A DNA stretch of 64,000 nt from Candidatus Cloacimonadales bacterium (GCA_963662655.2 CAXXTU010000002.1:3072001-3136000), one strand, 5' to 3'; positions 48,586 to 58,833 are shown, counted from the stretch's first letter. The notes: generated by a model from the letters alone, not told the origin. Translations and numbers: made by a program.

Positions 48586-50181
48586 ATGAAAGATACGATC
48601 ATTTTAACAGGCTACGACCTGACCATAGATGAAATCGTCGCCATCGGGAATGGCGAGAAGCTGGTGGGCATGGAGCCTCGAGCGCTGGAGCGATGTAGAG
48701 CGTCGCGGAAGTTCCTGGAAGAAGAGATTTCCAAGCAGCGCGTCATATACGGCGTCAACACGTCCTTCGGACCCATGTGCAACAAGATTATCGACCACAA
48801 CCACATCGAGACCCTGCAAACCAACCTGATCCGCAGTCACGCCGCTGGTTTGGGCGATCCCCTCAAGCCGGAAATCGCACGGGCGGTCTTCGCGGTGCGA
48901 CTCAACACGCTGGTCAAGGGATACGCGGGCGTCCGGATCGAGCTTCTCGAACTTCTCCAGAACATGATCAACGCCGGCATCGCTCCCTGGATTCCCGAGT
49001 GCGGAAGCGTGGGCGCATCGGGCGACCTGGTCCACCTGGCGCACATGGCGCTGGCGATCATCGGGGAAGGAAACGTGTGGTTCAAGGGCGAAGCGATACC
49101 TGCGGCAGAAGCGCTCGAAGCCTGCGGCCTCCAATCGCTGAACCTCAGCTACAAGGAAGGGCTTGCACTTATCAACGGCACCGCAGCCATGACGGCCATT
49201 GCCGCCTACGCGGTTCACGGAGCGAAAAAAGCGCTGGAAATCGCCTGCGTGAACGCCGCCTACGCGGTGGAGATTTTCGGAGGCATCGACGACGCCTTCG
49301 AACGCCATCTGCACGCAGTCAAGCCGCATCCGGGTCAGGTATGGATCGCGGATCGCGTTCGCGGACTCTACGAAGGCTCGCGCAACATCACCTTGCGTGA
49401 AAACATGCACGAGATTATCCGCAGCAAGCAAAAGGGCGACGAGCAGGTCTTCGAGACAGACATCAACGTCCAGGACGTCTATTCCATCCGCTGCACTCCA
49501 CAAGTTCTTGCACCGGTGAAGGAAGCGCTCGATTTCGCGCACGACACGGTTGTTCGCGAGGCCAATTCGTCCAACGACAACCCCATCATCATCCCCGAGA
49601 AGCGGAAGATCATTCACGGCGGCAACTTCCACGGCCAGAGCATCAGCTTCGCCATGGACATGCTGGCCATCGCGCTTTCCACCATGTGCAACCTCTCGGA
49701 GCGTCGCCTGAACAAGCTCCTGGATCGTAACCTCAACGAAGGGCTTCCCGAGCACCTGATCCCGGGAACCGTGGGACTCACCATGGGATTCATGGGCGCG
49801 CAATACCTATCCACATCTACCACGGCCGAAAACCGTCAGATGGCGGCCCCAATGAGCACGAACACCATCTCTTGCAACGCTTCCAACCAGGATGTCGTCA
49901 GCATGGGAACCGTCTCCGCAAGGCGCACGTACCGGATGCTCAACAACACTTCCTATATCCTTACCATGGAAACGCTCGCGGACATGCAGGCGCTTTCCTT
50001 CCGCAATGCCGACAAGATGGGAAAACAGACCGGAAAGATATACCAGGCGTTGAATTCGCAATTCAAGGTTTATGACAACACACGTATCTTCCACGACGAT
50101 CTCGCAGCTTTCAGAGAGCTGATTTTCAACGACAAAGATTTATTCGACATCATTTCCCGGGAGGAAACGAAAGAATCATGA
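48586..50181 (+). CDS. MIO-dependent aromatic amino acid ammonia-lyase (HAL/PAL/TAL family)
   Basis: 'YGVNTSFG', 'NLIRSHA', 'GSVGASGDL' (ASG), 'KEGLALING', 'QDVYSIRC', 'GGNFHG', 'NQDVVSMG'. Confidence 0.92.
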   Translation: MKDTIILTGYDLTIDEIVAIGNGEKLVGMEPRALERCRASRKFLEEEISKQRVIYGVNTSFGPMCNKIIDHNHIETLQTNLIRSHAAGLGDPLKPEIARAVFAVRLNTLVKGYAGVRIELLELLQNMINAGIAPWIPECGSVGASGDLVHLAHMALAIIGEGNVWFKGEAIPAAEALEACGLQSLNLSYKEGLALINGTAAMTAIAAYAVHGAKKALEIACVNAAYAVEIFGGIDDAFERHLHAVKPHPGQVWIADRVRGLYEGSRNITLRENMHEIIRSKQKGDEQVFETDINVQDVYSIRCTPQVLAPVKEALDFAHDTVVREANSSNDNPIIIPEKRKIIHGGNFHGQSISFAMDMLAIALSTMCNLSERRLNKLLDRNLNEGLPEHLIPGTVGLTMGFMGAQYLSTSTTAENRQMAAPMSTNTISCNASNQDVVSMGTVSARRTYRMLNNTSYILTMETLADMQALSFRNADKMGKQTGKIYQALNSQFKVYDNTRIFHDDLAAFRELIFNDKDLFDIISREETKES

Positions 50182-51053
50182 TACCGATGGAGCTTCCCCT
50201 AAAAGCAGAACAGCTAATCCCCCAGCGTGGTAAAATGAAGCTGATCGATCAGCTTGTGTGGGTTTCAGCAGAAGAAGCTTGCGCCGAGACGGACATGTCC
50301 GGCAAGAAGATGTTCCTGACACCGTCCAGGCACGTATTGCCATCGGCGATTATCGAGCTGGCAGCGCAGTCGACCGCGTGTTTCTCCGGCTATATCCGCC
50401 TGCTGGAGGACGAAGGCAGCGCGAGGTCCGGCTATCTCGTGGGCTTGCAGGATTTTGTATTCGATGAGTTGCCCTGTTGCGCAGAGAAACTCTCGTTCAA
50501 GCTCAAACAGGAGAGCTCGATCGGTTTCTACAGCCTGACAAGCGTTATCGTGTTCTCGAACGATACGCAAATCGCCACCGGCCTGCTCAAGACATGGGAA
50601 GAGGATGGCCAGCCGCAGATTCCCGAGATCGATACCCCCACGTTGGCATCAGGATCGCCAGTATCTGTTCACGGCAATTTCGCTCCCATCGAGAAGGATA
50701 TTCTTCGTAACGTTCAATCCGTGGAGAAATTGGAGCACAGTATCAAGGCGAATCTTTGCTATCGCCCCGATTTCAAGGGATTCGATGGCCATTTCGAGGC
50801 ATATCCCGTGCTTCCGGGAATTCTGATACTTCAGACGGTCGAGACGCTTTGCGAAAGCTTGCTGAAACGTCCGTACCGGATCATGCAGGTGTCGAGCGCG
50901 AAGTTCGCACATCTCTCTTTCCCGGGGGAGATGCTTGAATACGATATCAAACTTACCGAAATAGAAGATGATCGCTTGCGCGCCGTTGTGCGGGTAAGCG
51001 GCGGAACAGAATTAAAGGCCAGATTCACACTTGATCTGGCAGAAACGAGTTAG
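50178..51053 (+). CDS. double hot-dog 3-hydroxyacyl-ACP dehydratase-like (ApeP-like + FabZ/ApeI-like)
   Basis: N-terminal 'LIPQR..M.LID', 'IELAAQ', 'GYLVG'; C-terminal 'FDGHF..YPVLPG'. Confidence 0.8.
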   Translation: MIPMELPLKAEQLIPQRGKMKLIDQLVWVSAEEACAETDMSGKKMFLTPSRHVLPSAIIELAAQSTACFSGYIRLLEDEGSARSGYLVGLQDFVFDELPCCAEKLSFKLKQESSIGFYSLTSVIVFSNDTQIATGLLKTWEEDGQPQIPEIDTPTLASGSPVSVHGNFAPIEKDILRNVQSVEKLEHSIKANLCYRPDFKGFDGHFEAYPVLPGILILQTVETLCESLLKRPYRIMQVSSAKFAHLSFPGEMLEYDIKLTEIEDDRLRAVVRVSGGTELKARFTLDLAETS

Positions 51054-51055
51054 AG

Positions 51056-51529
51056 ATGAGTCGCAGAAGCAAGAAGCAATATTTTGTCGAGGAACCGGGC
51101 GCACCGGCGCCGCTTGTGGCCGAGTGCACGCGCGTGGTTCGCTTTGAAGAAGTCGATCCGCTTACCATCGTGTGGCACGGGCGTTACCCCAGCTTTCTGG
51201 AAGATGGCCGGGCCGCTTTCGGGCGCAAGTTCGATATGGGATATCTGGATATGTATCACGCCGGCTTTCTGGCGCCCATCGTCCAGATGCACATCGACAA
51301 CCACAACCCGCTCCAGTTCGGCGAGGAATTCCTCATTCGCGCCAGACTCCACTGGTCGCAGGCCGTGCGCATGAATTTCAGCTACGAGATTCTGAAGGAT
51401 GGCGACATCCCCGTAGCAACCGGATACACGGTGCAGCTTTTCACCGATTTCCAGCGCAATATCATGCTGGTCCGGCCCGACTACATCGAGGATTTCATGA
51501 AGCAATGGCAGGAAGGAAAGCTGCAATGA
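51056..51529 (+). CDS. acyl-CoA/ACP thioesterase (4HBT/YbgC family)
   Basis: 'VRFEEVD..IVWHG.Y..FLE.GR'. Confidence 0.88.
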   Translation: MSRRSKKQYFVEEPGAPAPLVAECTRVVRFEEVDPLTIVWHGRYPSFLEDGRAAFGRKFDMGYLDMYHAGFLAPIVQMHIDNHNPLQFGEEFLIRARLHWSQAVRMNFSYEILKDGDIPVATGYTVQLFTDFQRNIMLVRPDYIEDFMKQWQEGKLQ

Positions 51530-53526
51530 AGAAGGTTTTTATCAGCGCATGCGATATCGTAACCGGCCTCGGAAGCGGATTGGATTATAACTTCCGCAAG
51601 TTGATGGCCGGGGAGACTGCCATCGACGCGATCGGTCATTTCGATACCGGGCGTTTGCTTTTCCACAAGGCTTCCGTCGCGAAGCACGTTCGCGAGAGAA
51701 ATCCCGAGAGCGTTACCCTCGCGCTGGCGCTGGAGGCAGTCCGCGATCTGCCGGAACTCCCGCGAGACACGATGGTCATCTGGGCCGGCGTGAAGAGCGA
51801 TGCCGAGTACGTTGAGGCCGAGGCAGCGTACGGGTCCAACATCCCATATCTTCCCGAGCATTACATCGAAGCCTTACAAACGAAACTGAATCTTTCGGGC
51901 GATCACCTGAGCTGCAACGCGGCCTGCGCGGCATCGACCGTGGCAATATCGCTGGCGGCACAGATGATCTCCTCGGGACAGCGAAACAGCGTGCTGGTCG
52001 TCGCTGCCGATCTGGCGAGTCGCTTCACCCATACGGGATTTTCTGCGCTGCGAGCGCTTTCGCCCACCGATTGCCGTCCCTTTGACGAGAATCGCGATGG
52101 TTTGTGCCTCGGTGACGGAGCCGTTGCCATCTGGATGACCGACGGGACCGAATATCCCAGGCTGGCTGAAATCGCCGGCTGGGGTGTCGCCAACGATGCG
52201 AATCACATTACCGGACCCGCCCGGGACGGATGCGGTCTGATCGCGGCCATCGAGCAAGCTCTGCGAATGAGCGATACCGGTTGCGACAGCGTGGAAGCCT
52301 TCTGCGCGCACGGTACCGGAACAGTCTACAACGACGCAATGGAACTTACTGCCATCGAGACTGTCTTCGGCGACAGGAAATTCCCCGTCTTCGGTATAAA
52401 GGGTGCCATCGGGCACACCATGGGCGCAGCGGGAGCCATAGAAGTCGCGCTATGTACAAAGATTCTGGAAGGTGAACGCATTCCTCCCACCTGCGGAGTT
52501 CTCAATCTGGAGCCTCGCGCCGTTGAACGCGTCAGTTACCTCGCACAGACTTTCCCGGGACATAACATTCTTACCACCAATTCCGGTTTCGGTGGCGTGA
52601 ACGCGGCAATCATCCTGAAGCATACCGACGCGGATAAGCCGCTCGACAGAGATTCACAAAGCGATTGGCCGGATACCAACGCAGGCGCTCAAACGAATCG
52701 AGACTCCAGTACTCCCTGTCATCCTGAGCTATCTCAACCAGACATAAATTCTCCCTGTCATCCTGAGCTCCCTTTTCCCTGTCATCCTGAGCGGAGTCGA
52801 AGGACAGGCCCCGGAGCGTTACACCTCCGCGTCCTCGGCGGAAGCTGGATCAGCGCAGCCGCCCCCGCCATGCTGAATCAGGCATCTTCCTTCGAGTTCA
52901 TCGATGGCGAACTTCAGCTCCCACCGGCGCGTGGACTCTTCACGCCTCCGCTGGTTCGCTACGGGCGTTTCGACCCCTACACGAAGACCGGCCTGGCTGC
53001 GATGGCGCTCGCCTTGAAGGATGCCGGACTCGACGAGTTCGATGAAAAACGCGACATCGGCGTAATCCTCTCCACCCATTGGGAAAGCCTGGATACGGAT
53101 CGGAAGTATCACGAGACGACTCTCGCCGACGGCGGTATCGCCTCGAGCCCCAACCTGTTCTCCTATACCTTGCCGAACGTGGTGATTGGCGAATGCGCCG
53201 CTTACTACAAGCTGATGGGACCCACCTTCACCGTGAATGAAACCGGTGACCGCGGCGGAGCCGCCCTGAAGCCTGCTCTCGACATGATCGAGGCGGGACT
53301 GAGCGGCACGATTGTAGTCGGCTGGCTCGATAGTCCGCCGGAATCCATGCTGACCGGGGTGCAAACGTTACCCCAGCGCGGCGCTCTGTATATTGTTTTC
53401 CAGCGCGCGGCGCATGACGAAAAATACGATTATCAATATATAAACGGTTTCCTGAGCGATCCTGATGGAGGGACGTTCTCCAGCTTGACGGCAATCGCTC
53501 GCGATCAAATCCAAAAAAAAGGCTGA
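51526..53526 (+). CDS. beta-ketoacyl synthase fused to a chain-length-factor-like domain via a repeat-derived linker
   Basis: ATGA overlap with the thioesterase; KS motifs 'NAACAAS', 'AHGTGT', 'GHTMG', 'GFGGVN'; C-terminal 'RYGRFD..TK', 'SSPNLFSYTLPN' lacking the triad. Confidence 0.82.
   Translation: MKKVFISACDIVTGLGSGLDYNFRKLMAGETAIDAIGHFDTGRLLFHKASVAKHVRERNPESVTLALALEAVRDLPELPRDTMVIWAGVKSDAEYVEAEAAYGSNIPYLPEHYIEALQTKLNLSGDHLSCNAACAASTVAISLAAQMISSGQRNSVLVVAADLASRFTHTGFSALRALSPTDCRPFDENRDGLCLGDGAVAIWMTDGTEYPRLAEIAGWGVANDANHITGPARDGCGLIAAIEQALRMSDTGCDSVEAFCAHGTGTVYNDAMELTAIETVFGDRKFPVFGIKGAIGHTMGAAGAIEVALCTKILEGERIPPTCGVLNLEPRAVERVSYLAQTFPGHNILTTNSGFGGVNAAIILKHTDADKPLDRDSQSDWPDTNAGAQTNRDSSTPCHPELSQPDINSPCHPELPFPCHPERSRRTGPGALHLRVLGGSWISAAAPAMLNQASSFEFIDGELQLPPARGLFTPPLVRYGRFDPYTKTGLAAMALALKDAGLDEFDEKRDIGVILSTHWESLDTDRKYHETTLADGGIASSPNLFSYTLPNVVIGECAAYYKLMGPTFTVNETGDRGGAALKPALDMIEAGLSGTIVVGWLDSPPESMLTGVQTLPQRGALYIVFQRAAHDEKYDYQYINGFLSDPDGGTFSSLTAIARDQIQKKG
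52714..52805 (+). repeat. three tandem REP-like units inside the KS-CLF ORF
   Basis: CCCTGTCATCCTGAGC three times, the last extended to ...GGAGTCGAAGGAC; read as PCHPEL, PCHPEL, PCHPERSRR. Confidence 0.85.
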
Positions 53527-53530
53527 CACG

Positions 53531-54796
53531 ATGAAATTTAAACTGATATATCCAAAATGGCGAAAGCTCGAGATGCAAACGCCCTTCTTCCTGCCGCCGC
53601 ACGGACCCGTGGTTATGGCTGCGGCAGTTCCGGCGGATGTAGAGATCGAATTTGTGGACGACAATGTGCAGGACTTACAGCTTGAAGACAGCCCAGACCT
53701 TGTCGGGCTCTCCATTATGCTCACCGCGCAGCTTCCACGCGCGTTTGAAATCGCCCGGCACTATCGCGAGCGCGGTATTCCGGTGATGGCCGGTGGAATC
53801 TCGGCGAACCTCCACTCCGAAGAGGTGAGGCAGCACGTGGACAGCATCTTCCTTGGCGAGTCCGAAGGTAGACTGGAGCAGGTCTTCGACGACCTGCGAA
53901 ACGGCGAACTCAAGCCGCTTTACGACTACCATCTCAATTTCCCGCCGATAGAATCCGTCGGTACGGCGAAGAGGGATATCCTCGATCACAGCAAGTACGT
54001 CTATCGCGGAACCAAGATGCTCGACCTCGTTCACGCCTCGCGCGGATGCAGGTTCAACTGCTTCCCATGCTGTACGCCATACCTCGGGGGACGCCAGTTC
54101 CGTCCGCGCCCCATCGAGACGGTGATCAAGGAAATGCGGGAGATCGACAACAACCGCATGTTTATCGTGGATAACTCGCTGGCGCAGGACACGAACTGGG
54201 AGAGGGATCTCTTCAAGGCGATGATCCCGCTCAAGAAGAAGTTTGTGAGCCATCCGATCGAGCGAAACGATGAAATCCTCGAGCTGGCTTATCAGGCCGG
54301 CGCGTGGTATGTGTATCAGGCCGTATTCGATACTTCCGATTTCATTCGCGAAACAATCCGCATGTACAAGGATCACGGTATCGGCATCGAAGGAACCATC
54401 ATCCTGGGAACCGACGATCAGGACGAGGACTACATCAAGCGCCTGGTCGATTTCCTGCTGGAAGTGGAACTCGACACCGCGGAATTCACCATCCTGACAC
54501 CGTTCATGCACACGCCGATCCGCGCGCAGCTCGAAAAGGAAGGACGCCTCTTCTCCAGCAACTGGGAAGACTACACCTGCGACCGTGTGGTGTTCCAGCC
54601 CAAGAAGATGACGCCGTCCAAGCTGCAAGAGATGTACTACTACGCCTGGGAAACATTCTACCAGGACGAAACCCAGGAGCTCAAGATGGGTAAGCTCTTC
54701 CACAAGCTGATGCAGCGTGAACTCGCCGACGGAACGTACATAGCGCCGGATATGTCTCGCAGACGCAGAAGGGTACCGCGTGAATCGACCAATTGA
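53531..54796 (+). CDS. B12-binding radical SAM protein 1
   Basis: Cobalamin-binding N-terminus ('LVGLS', 'VMAGG', 'GESE'), 'SRGCRFNCFPC' (CX3CX2C). Confidence 0.9.
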   Translation: MKFKLIYPKWRKLEMQTPFFLPPHGPVVMAAAVPADVEIEFVDDNVQDLQLEDSPDLVGLSIMLTAQLPRAFEIARHYRERGIPVMAGGISANLHSEEVRQHVDSIFLGESEGRLEQVFDDLRNGELKPLYDYHLNFPPIESVGTAKRDILDHSKYVYRGTKMLDLVHASRGCRFNCFPCCTPYLGGRQFRPRPIETVIKEMREIDNNRMFIVDNSLAQDTNWERDLFKAMIPLKKKFVSHPIERNDEILELAYQAGAWYVYQAVFDTSDFIRETIRMYKDHGIGIEGTIILGTDDQDEDYIKRLVDFLLEVELDTAEFTILTPFMHTPIRAQLEKEGRLFSSNWEDYTCDRVVFQPKKMTPSKLQEMYYYAWETFYQDETQELKMGKLFHKLMQRELADGTYIAPDMSRRRRRVPRESTN

Positions 54797-54800
54797 CCCC

Positions 54801-56153
54801 ATGCATAAAATTTTACTCCTTTCCTGTAATACGACGCAAGAGCCCTATCCGGTGTATCCACTGGGTATGGCCATGATCTCGCACGCAGCGCGCAGAGCCG
54901 GATACGAGGTTTTCCAGCGCGACGTCCTGGTCAACGAGAACTGGCAGCAGGAGATCGTCGATCTGCTCGACCGGGAAGACCTCCTGATGGTTGGGTTGTC
55001 AATCCGCAACATCGATGACGTGAACTACTGCAAAGGGGACGTGTATTTCCGGCAGTACCGCGATATCGTGCGTTTCCTGCGGGAGCACACTGATCTGCCG
55101 ATCGTAATGGGCGGTTCGGCCTACTCGATCTTTCCAAAGCAGATGCTGGATGTATGCAAAGCGGATTACGGCATCGTTGGAGAAGGGGAGAAGCTGTTCG
55201 TTCAACTGGCCGACGCGCTGAAAGACGGCAATCCACCCGCTGAAAGAATCCTGCGCGAAAGCGATTACATCCCGCCGCAGGAATTGATCCCCACCGAACG
55301 CGATGACGCGCTTGCAGCCTATTACATCAATAGAGGCGGTATGCTCAGCGTTCAGAGCAAGCGCGGGTGTCCGCATCGCTGCTTGTACTGCTCCTACCCG
55401 ACGCTGGAGGGAACGAGGTATCGCTTCCGTTCCCCGAAGGACGTTGTGGACGAAATCGATCTGCTCAAGGAAAAATACAACGCCGACTACCTTTCTTTCA
55501 CCGATTCGGTGTTCAATGACGTACAGGGCAAGTACCTGGAGATCGCGAAAGAGCTGGTCAGGCGGGGAAACAAGACGCCCTGGATGGCCTTCTTTCGCCC
55601 ATCCGATTTCACCGAGGAAGAGGTGCTTCTGCTTAAAGAATCTGGCCTGCACGCGGTGGAATGGGGTACCGACGCCACCAGCGACACGACCCTTGCGGGG
55701 CTCCAGAAAGGATTCTCCTGGAAGCAGGTGCAGCACTCGAACAGGCTCTTTGTCGAAGCCGGGGTCGCGAACGCGCATTTCGCGGTGTTCGGAGGCCCGG
55801 GGGAAACGCCGGAGACGGTCGAGGAAGGCATCCGTAATCTGGAAAGCCTCGAAAACTGCGTCGTTTTCGCTTCCATTGGCATCCGTGTATTTCCCGATAC
55901 GCCGATATGGGGGCAGCTGATCGAGTCAGGCGAGGTCAAGCCGGAGGATAATCTGCTGGAACCCTGGTGGTACTTCTCGCCGCATGTCGATAAGGAATGG
56001 CTTCATCAGCGTTTGCTGAAAGCCTTCGGGGATCGTCGCGATCGCGTGTATCCGGACGGCGAGCAGCTCGACATGATCAAGGCGTTTCACACCATGGGTT
56101 ACCGCGGTCCCGTTTGGAATATGATCCTCGCGAAAAAAAGCACCAGGCGGTAA
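54801..56153 (+). CDS. lipid-biosynthesis B12-binding radical SAM protein (TIGR04072-like)
   Basis: 'ILLLSCNT..EPYPVYPLG', 'GLSIRNID', 'KRGCPHRCLYC'. Confidence 0.85.
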   Translation: MHKILLLSCNTTQEPYPVYPLGMAMISHAARRAGYEVFQRDVLVNENWQQEIVDLLDREDLLMVGLSIRNIDDVNYCKGDVYFRQYRDIVRFLREHTDLPIVMGGSAYSIFPKQMLDVCKADYGIVGEGEKLFVQLADALKDGNPPAERILRESDYIPPQELIPTERDDALAAYYINRGGMLSVQSKRGCPHRCLYCSYPTLEGTRYRFRSPKDVVDEIDLLKEKYNADYLSFTDSVFNDVQGKYLEIAKELVRRGNKTPWMAFFRPSDFTEEEVLLLKESGLHAVEWGTDATSDTTLAGLQKGFSWKQVQHSNRLFVEAGVANAHFAVFGGPGETPETVEEGIRNLESLENCVVFASIGIRVFPDTPIWGQLIESGEVKPEDNLLEPWWYFSPHVDKEWLHQRLLKAFGDRRDRVYPDGEQLDMIKAFHTMGYRGPVWNMILAKKSTRR

Positions 56154-56156
56154 CGA

Positions 56157-57602
56157 ATGAATCCCAAAGCTCTTTATTTGATACACCCGCTGGGCGAGAA
56201 CTGGATGCCCGGCGAGATCGATATGTCTCGCGTGGCCAACATCATGCCTCCGCTGGGACTTTGCAGCATTTCCGCCTGGATGGAAAAGCATGGCTGGAAA
56301 ACGGAAATCTACGATTGCTATGCCTTTCCGGGCGACGACAAGCGTCTTTTTCAGCCAAATCCTGCGCGATAGACCGGCCTGGATCGGTTTCAGCACAACC
56401 ACGTCGAGTTTCCCGGACGCGATTCGTCTGGCGAACCACTGCCGGGATATCCTCCCCGAGGCGAGCATCGTTTTCGGAGGCGTGCATGTCTCCGCATTGC
56501 GAGAGCAGCTCATGCGGGATTATCCCGTGATCGATTATTGCGTTGTGGGAGAAGGCGAGCAAACGCTCCTCGAGCTGATGAATCGGGAGGCTCCGGTCTT
56601 TCAGAAATCCAGGGCTTGATCTGGCGCAATGGCGACGAGGTGGTTTTCAACGGGCATCGCGAGAAACTCCTCGAGCTGGATTCGCTCCCCATTCCGGCCT
56701 ACCACAAGCTGCACGATTTTCCCAACGCGTACATGCTCCCCATCTTCAATTATCCCAAAGCGCCCGGAACCACCATCATCACCAGTCGTGGCTGCCCGTT
56801 CCGGTGCTCTTATTGCGACCGCAGCGTATTCATGAGCTCGTATCGATATAATTCTGCGGATTACATTCTGGAGATGATGCGCTACCTGAACAAGACCTAC
56901 GGTATGCGTCACGTTAACATCTACGACGACACATTCACCTTGCAGCGCAAGCGCATCGAGGAATTCTGCGAGAAGAAGATCGCCTCCGGACTCAAGATGA
57001 CTTTCAACTGCGCCGCCCGTGCGGAGCAGGTCGATCCCGAGCTTCTTCGCATGATGAAGAAGGCGGGGTGCTGGATGATCAGTCTGGGCATCGAAACCGG
57101 CGATCCCGAACTCCTGAAGAAGCATCGCTACTACGGCGGCAAGAAGCCTGACGACGCACTGGACATGAATCGCAAGGCGGTGGAGATGATCCGCAAGGCC
57201 GGTATCCGCGCGAAAGGACTCTTCATGCTTGGGCTTCCCGGTGAAACAGAGGAGAGCGTTGAGCGCAGCATCAAGTATGTGCTGAGCCTTCCGCTGGATG
57301 ATTTCAACCTCTCCAAGTTCACGCCGTTCCCCGGGTCTCCCGCGTATCAGACGATTCGCGAGTACGGTGAATTCGACGAGAACTGGGCGCTGATGAACGC
57401 GCTGAACTTCGTCTTCGTGGCGAAAGGCTTCACCAAAGAACGCCTGGAGGAGCGGCACCGCGAATTTTATCGCCGGTACTACCAGCGTCATCGCGTCATG
57501 ATGAATTACGTCACCATGCTGTGGAAATCGCCGGATAGCTGGCGCAGATTCCTCAAGGACCTGCCGCTGTTCCTCCGGTTCCGAAAGCAATACGAAAAGT
57601 AA
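56157..57602 (+). pseudogene. B12-binding radical SAM protein 3, interrupted by two compensating frameshifts (pseudogene or sequencing error)
   Basis: Three overlapping ORFs join into one protein: MNPK...PPLGL...DDKRLF | SQILRDRP.WIGFS...GGVH...GEGEQTLLELM | ESGG...SRGCPFRCSYC. Confidence 0.8.
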
Positions 57603-57603
57603 G

Positions 57604-58833
57604 ATGTCCGGGATAAACATTCTGATCGTCATTCCGGTGTTCAACAACCGGACAACCATTCGCGATGTTGCAAAGCGCGCTTTGGCAACGGGCTATCCTG
57701 TACTTGTGGTCAACGACGGCTGCACCGATGGCAGCGTGGATGCACTGAGTGGGATCGAGGAAGAGAGAAGTCGAAGGACGGCACCGGCAGGCAGGATGGC
57801 TGCGATCCAACTCCACCAAACCGGCTTCTCGCAAAACCGCGGAAAGGGAGCCGCTATCATGGAAGGTTGTCGTTGGGCGACGGAGCACGGATACACGCAC
57901 ATCCTCACCATCGATGCCGACGGACAGCACCATCCTGAGGAAATCCCCCAATTCGTGAAGGCAGCGAACGAGTTTCCGCTATCTATCGTGATCGGCACTC
58001 GCGATTTCGACAGCGACGCCGTCCCGGGCTCCAGCAAGTTCGGTAGAAAGTTCTCCAACTTCTGGATTCGCGTATGCACCGGGCAGTCGGTTTCCGACAG
58101 CCAGAGCGGCTATCGCGTTTATCCCGTTGAGGCTCTGCGATTGCTCAGGATCAAGGGGAAACGCTACAACTTTGAGGTGGAAGTGATCGTGCGCGGCATC
58201 TGGGCCGGGCTGGAGATCAGGGAAGTCCCAATCGCCGTCGAGTATAGCGAAAAGACCATCGAGGCGTCCCATTTTCATCCGTTCAAGGACAACGCCCGCA
58301 TCTCCATGACCTACACGCGGCTGGTCCTTCGCAATTTCGTTCCACTGCCGCATAAACTGCTCTTCGGCACGAGACAGAAGAACGCACTGAAGATTTATCT
58401 TACCAATCCGTGGAAGACCCTGAAGATGCTGTTCACCGAGAAGCTCGAGCCGCGAGAGCTTGCGCTCGCCGTGGGGACCGGTGTTCTGCTGGCGACACTG
58501 CCGCTCATCGGATTTCATGGTGTGGCGATTGTATTCGTGGCCACGCGAATGAAGGTAAATCGCCTGGTCGCGCTCAGCATGAATCATTTCTGCGGACCGC
58601 CATTCGTTCCGGCGCTATCCATACTTGTTGGGTACTATGTTCGCAACGGACAGTTCCTGACCCAATTCAATTGGGAAACGCTGGGACATCAGGCATTGCA
58701 GCGTGTCGGCGATTACATCGTCGGATCAACGATCCTCGGGCCCATCCTGGCTGTTCTGTCCGGGTTCGGGATTCTTGGTGCGACGTGGGCCTACCGGCGC
58801 GTATTCGGGAGGGGGAAGCATGTCCGAGCGTAA
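57604..58833 (+). CDS. glycosyltransferase family 2 fused to DUF2062 membrane domain
   Basis: 'IPVFNN', 'VNDGCTD', 'NRGKG', 'DADGQH', 'DSQSGYR.YP', 'SHFHPFKD', then a hydrophobic C-terminal domain. Confidence 0.88.
   Translation: MSGINILIVIPVFNNRTTIRDVAKRALATGYPVLVVNDGCTDGSVDALSGIEEERSRRTAPAGRMAAIQLHQTGFSQNRGKGAAIMEGCRWATEHGYTHILTIDADGQHHPEEIPQFVKAANEFPLSIVIGTRDFDSDAVPGSSKFGRKFSNFWIRVCTGQSVSDSQSGYRVYPVEALRLLRIKGKRYNFEVEVIVRGIWAGLEIREVPIAVEYSEKTIEASHFHPFKDNARISMTYTRLVLRNFVPLPHKLLFGTRQKNALKIYLTNPWKTLKMLFTEKLEPRELALAVGTGVLLATLPLIGFHGVAIVFVATRMKVNRLVALSMNHFCGPPFVPALSILVGYYVRNGQFLTQFNWETLGHQALQRVGDYIVGSTILGPILAVLSGFGILGATWAYRRVFGRGKHVRA

Noticed and set aside
51172..51525. N-terminal extension of the 784-aa ORF
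   Set aside because: It overlaps the thioesterase gene; the real start is the coupled ATG at 51526.
52714..52805. CRISPR array
   Set aside because: Only three ~16-nt units with unequal short spacers, inside an ORF, and no cas genes.
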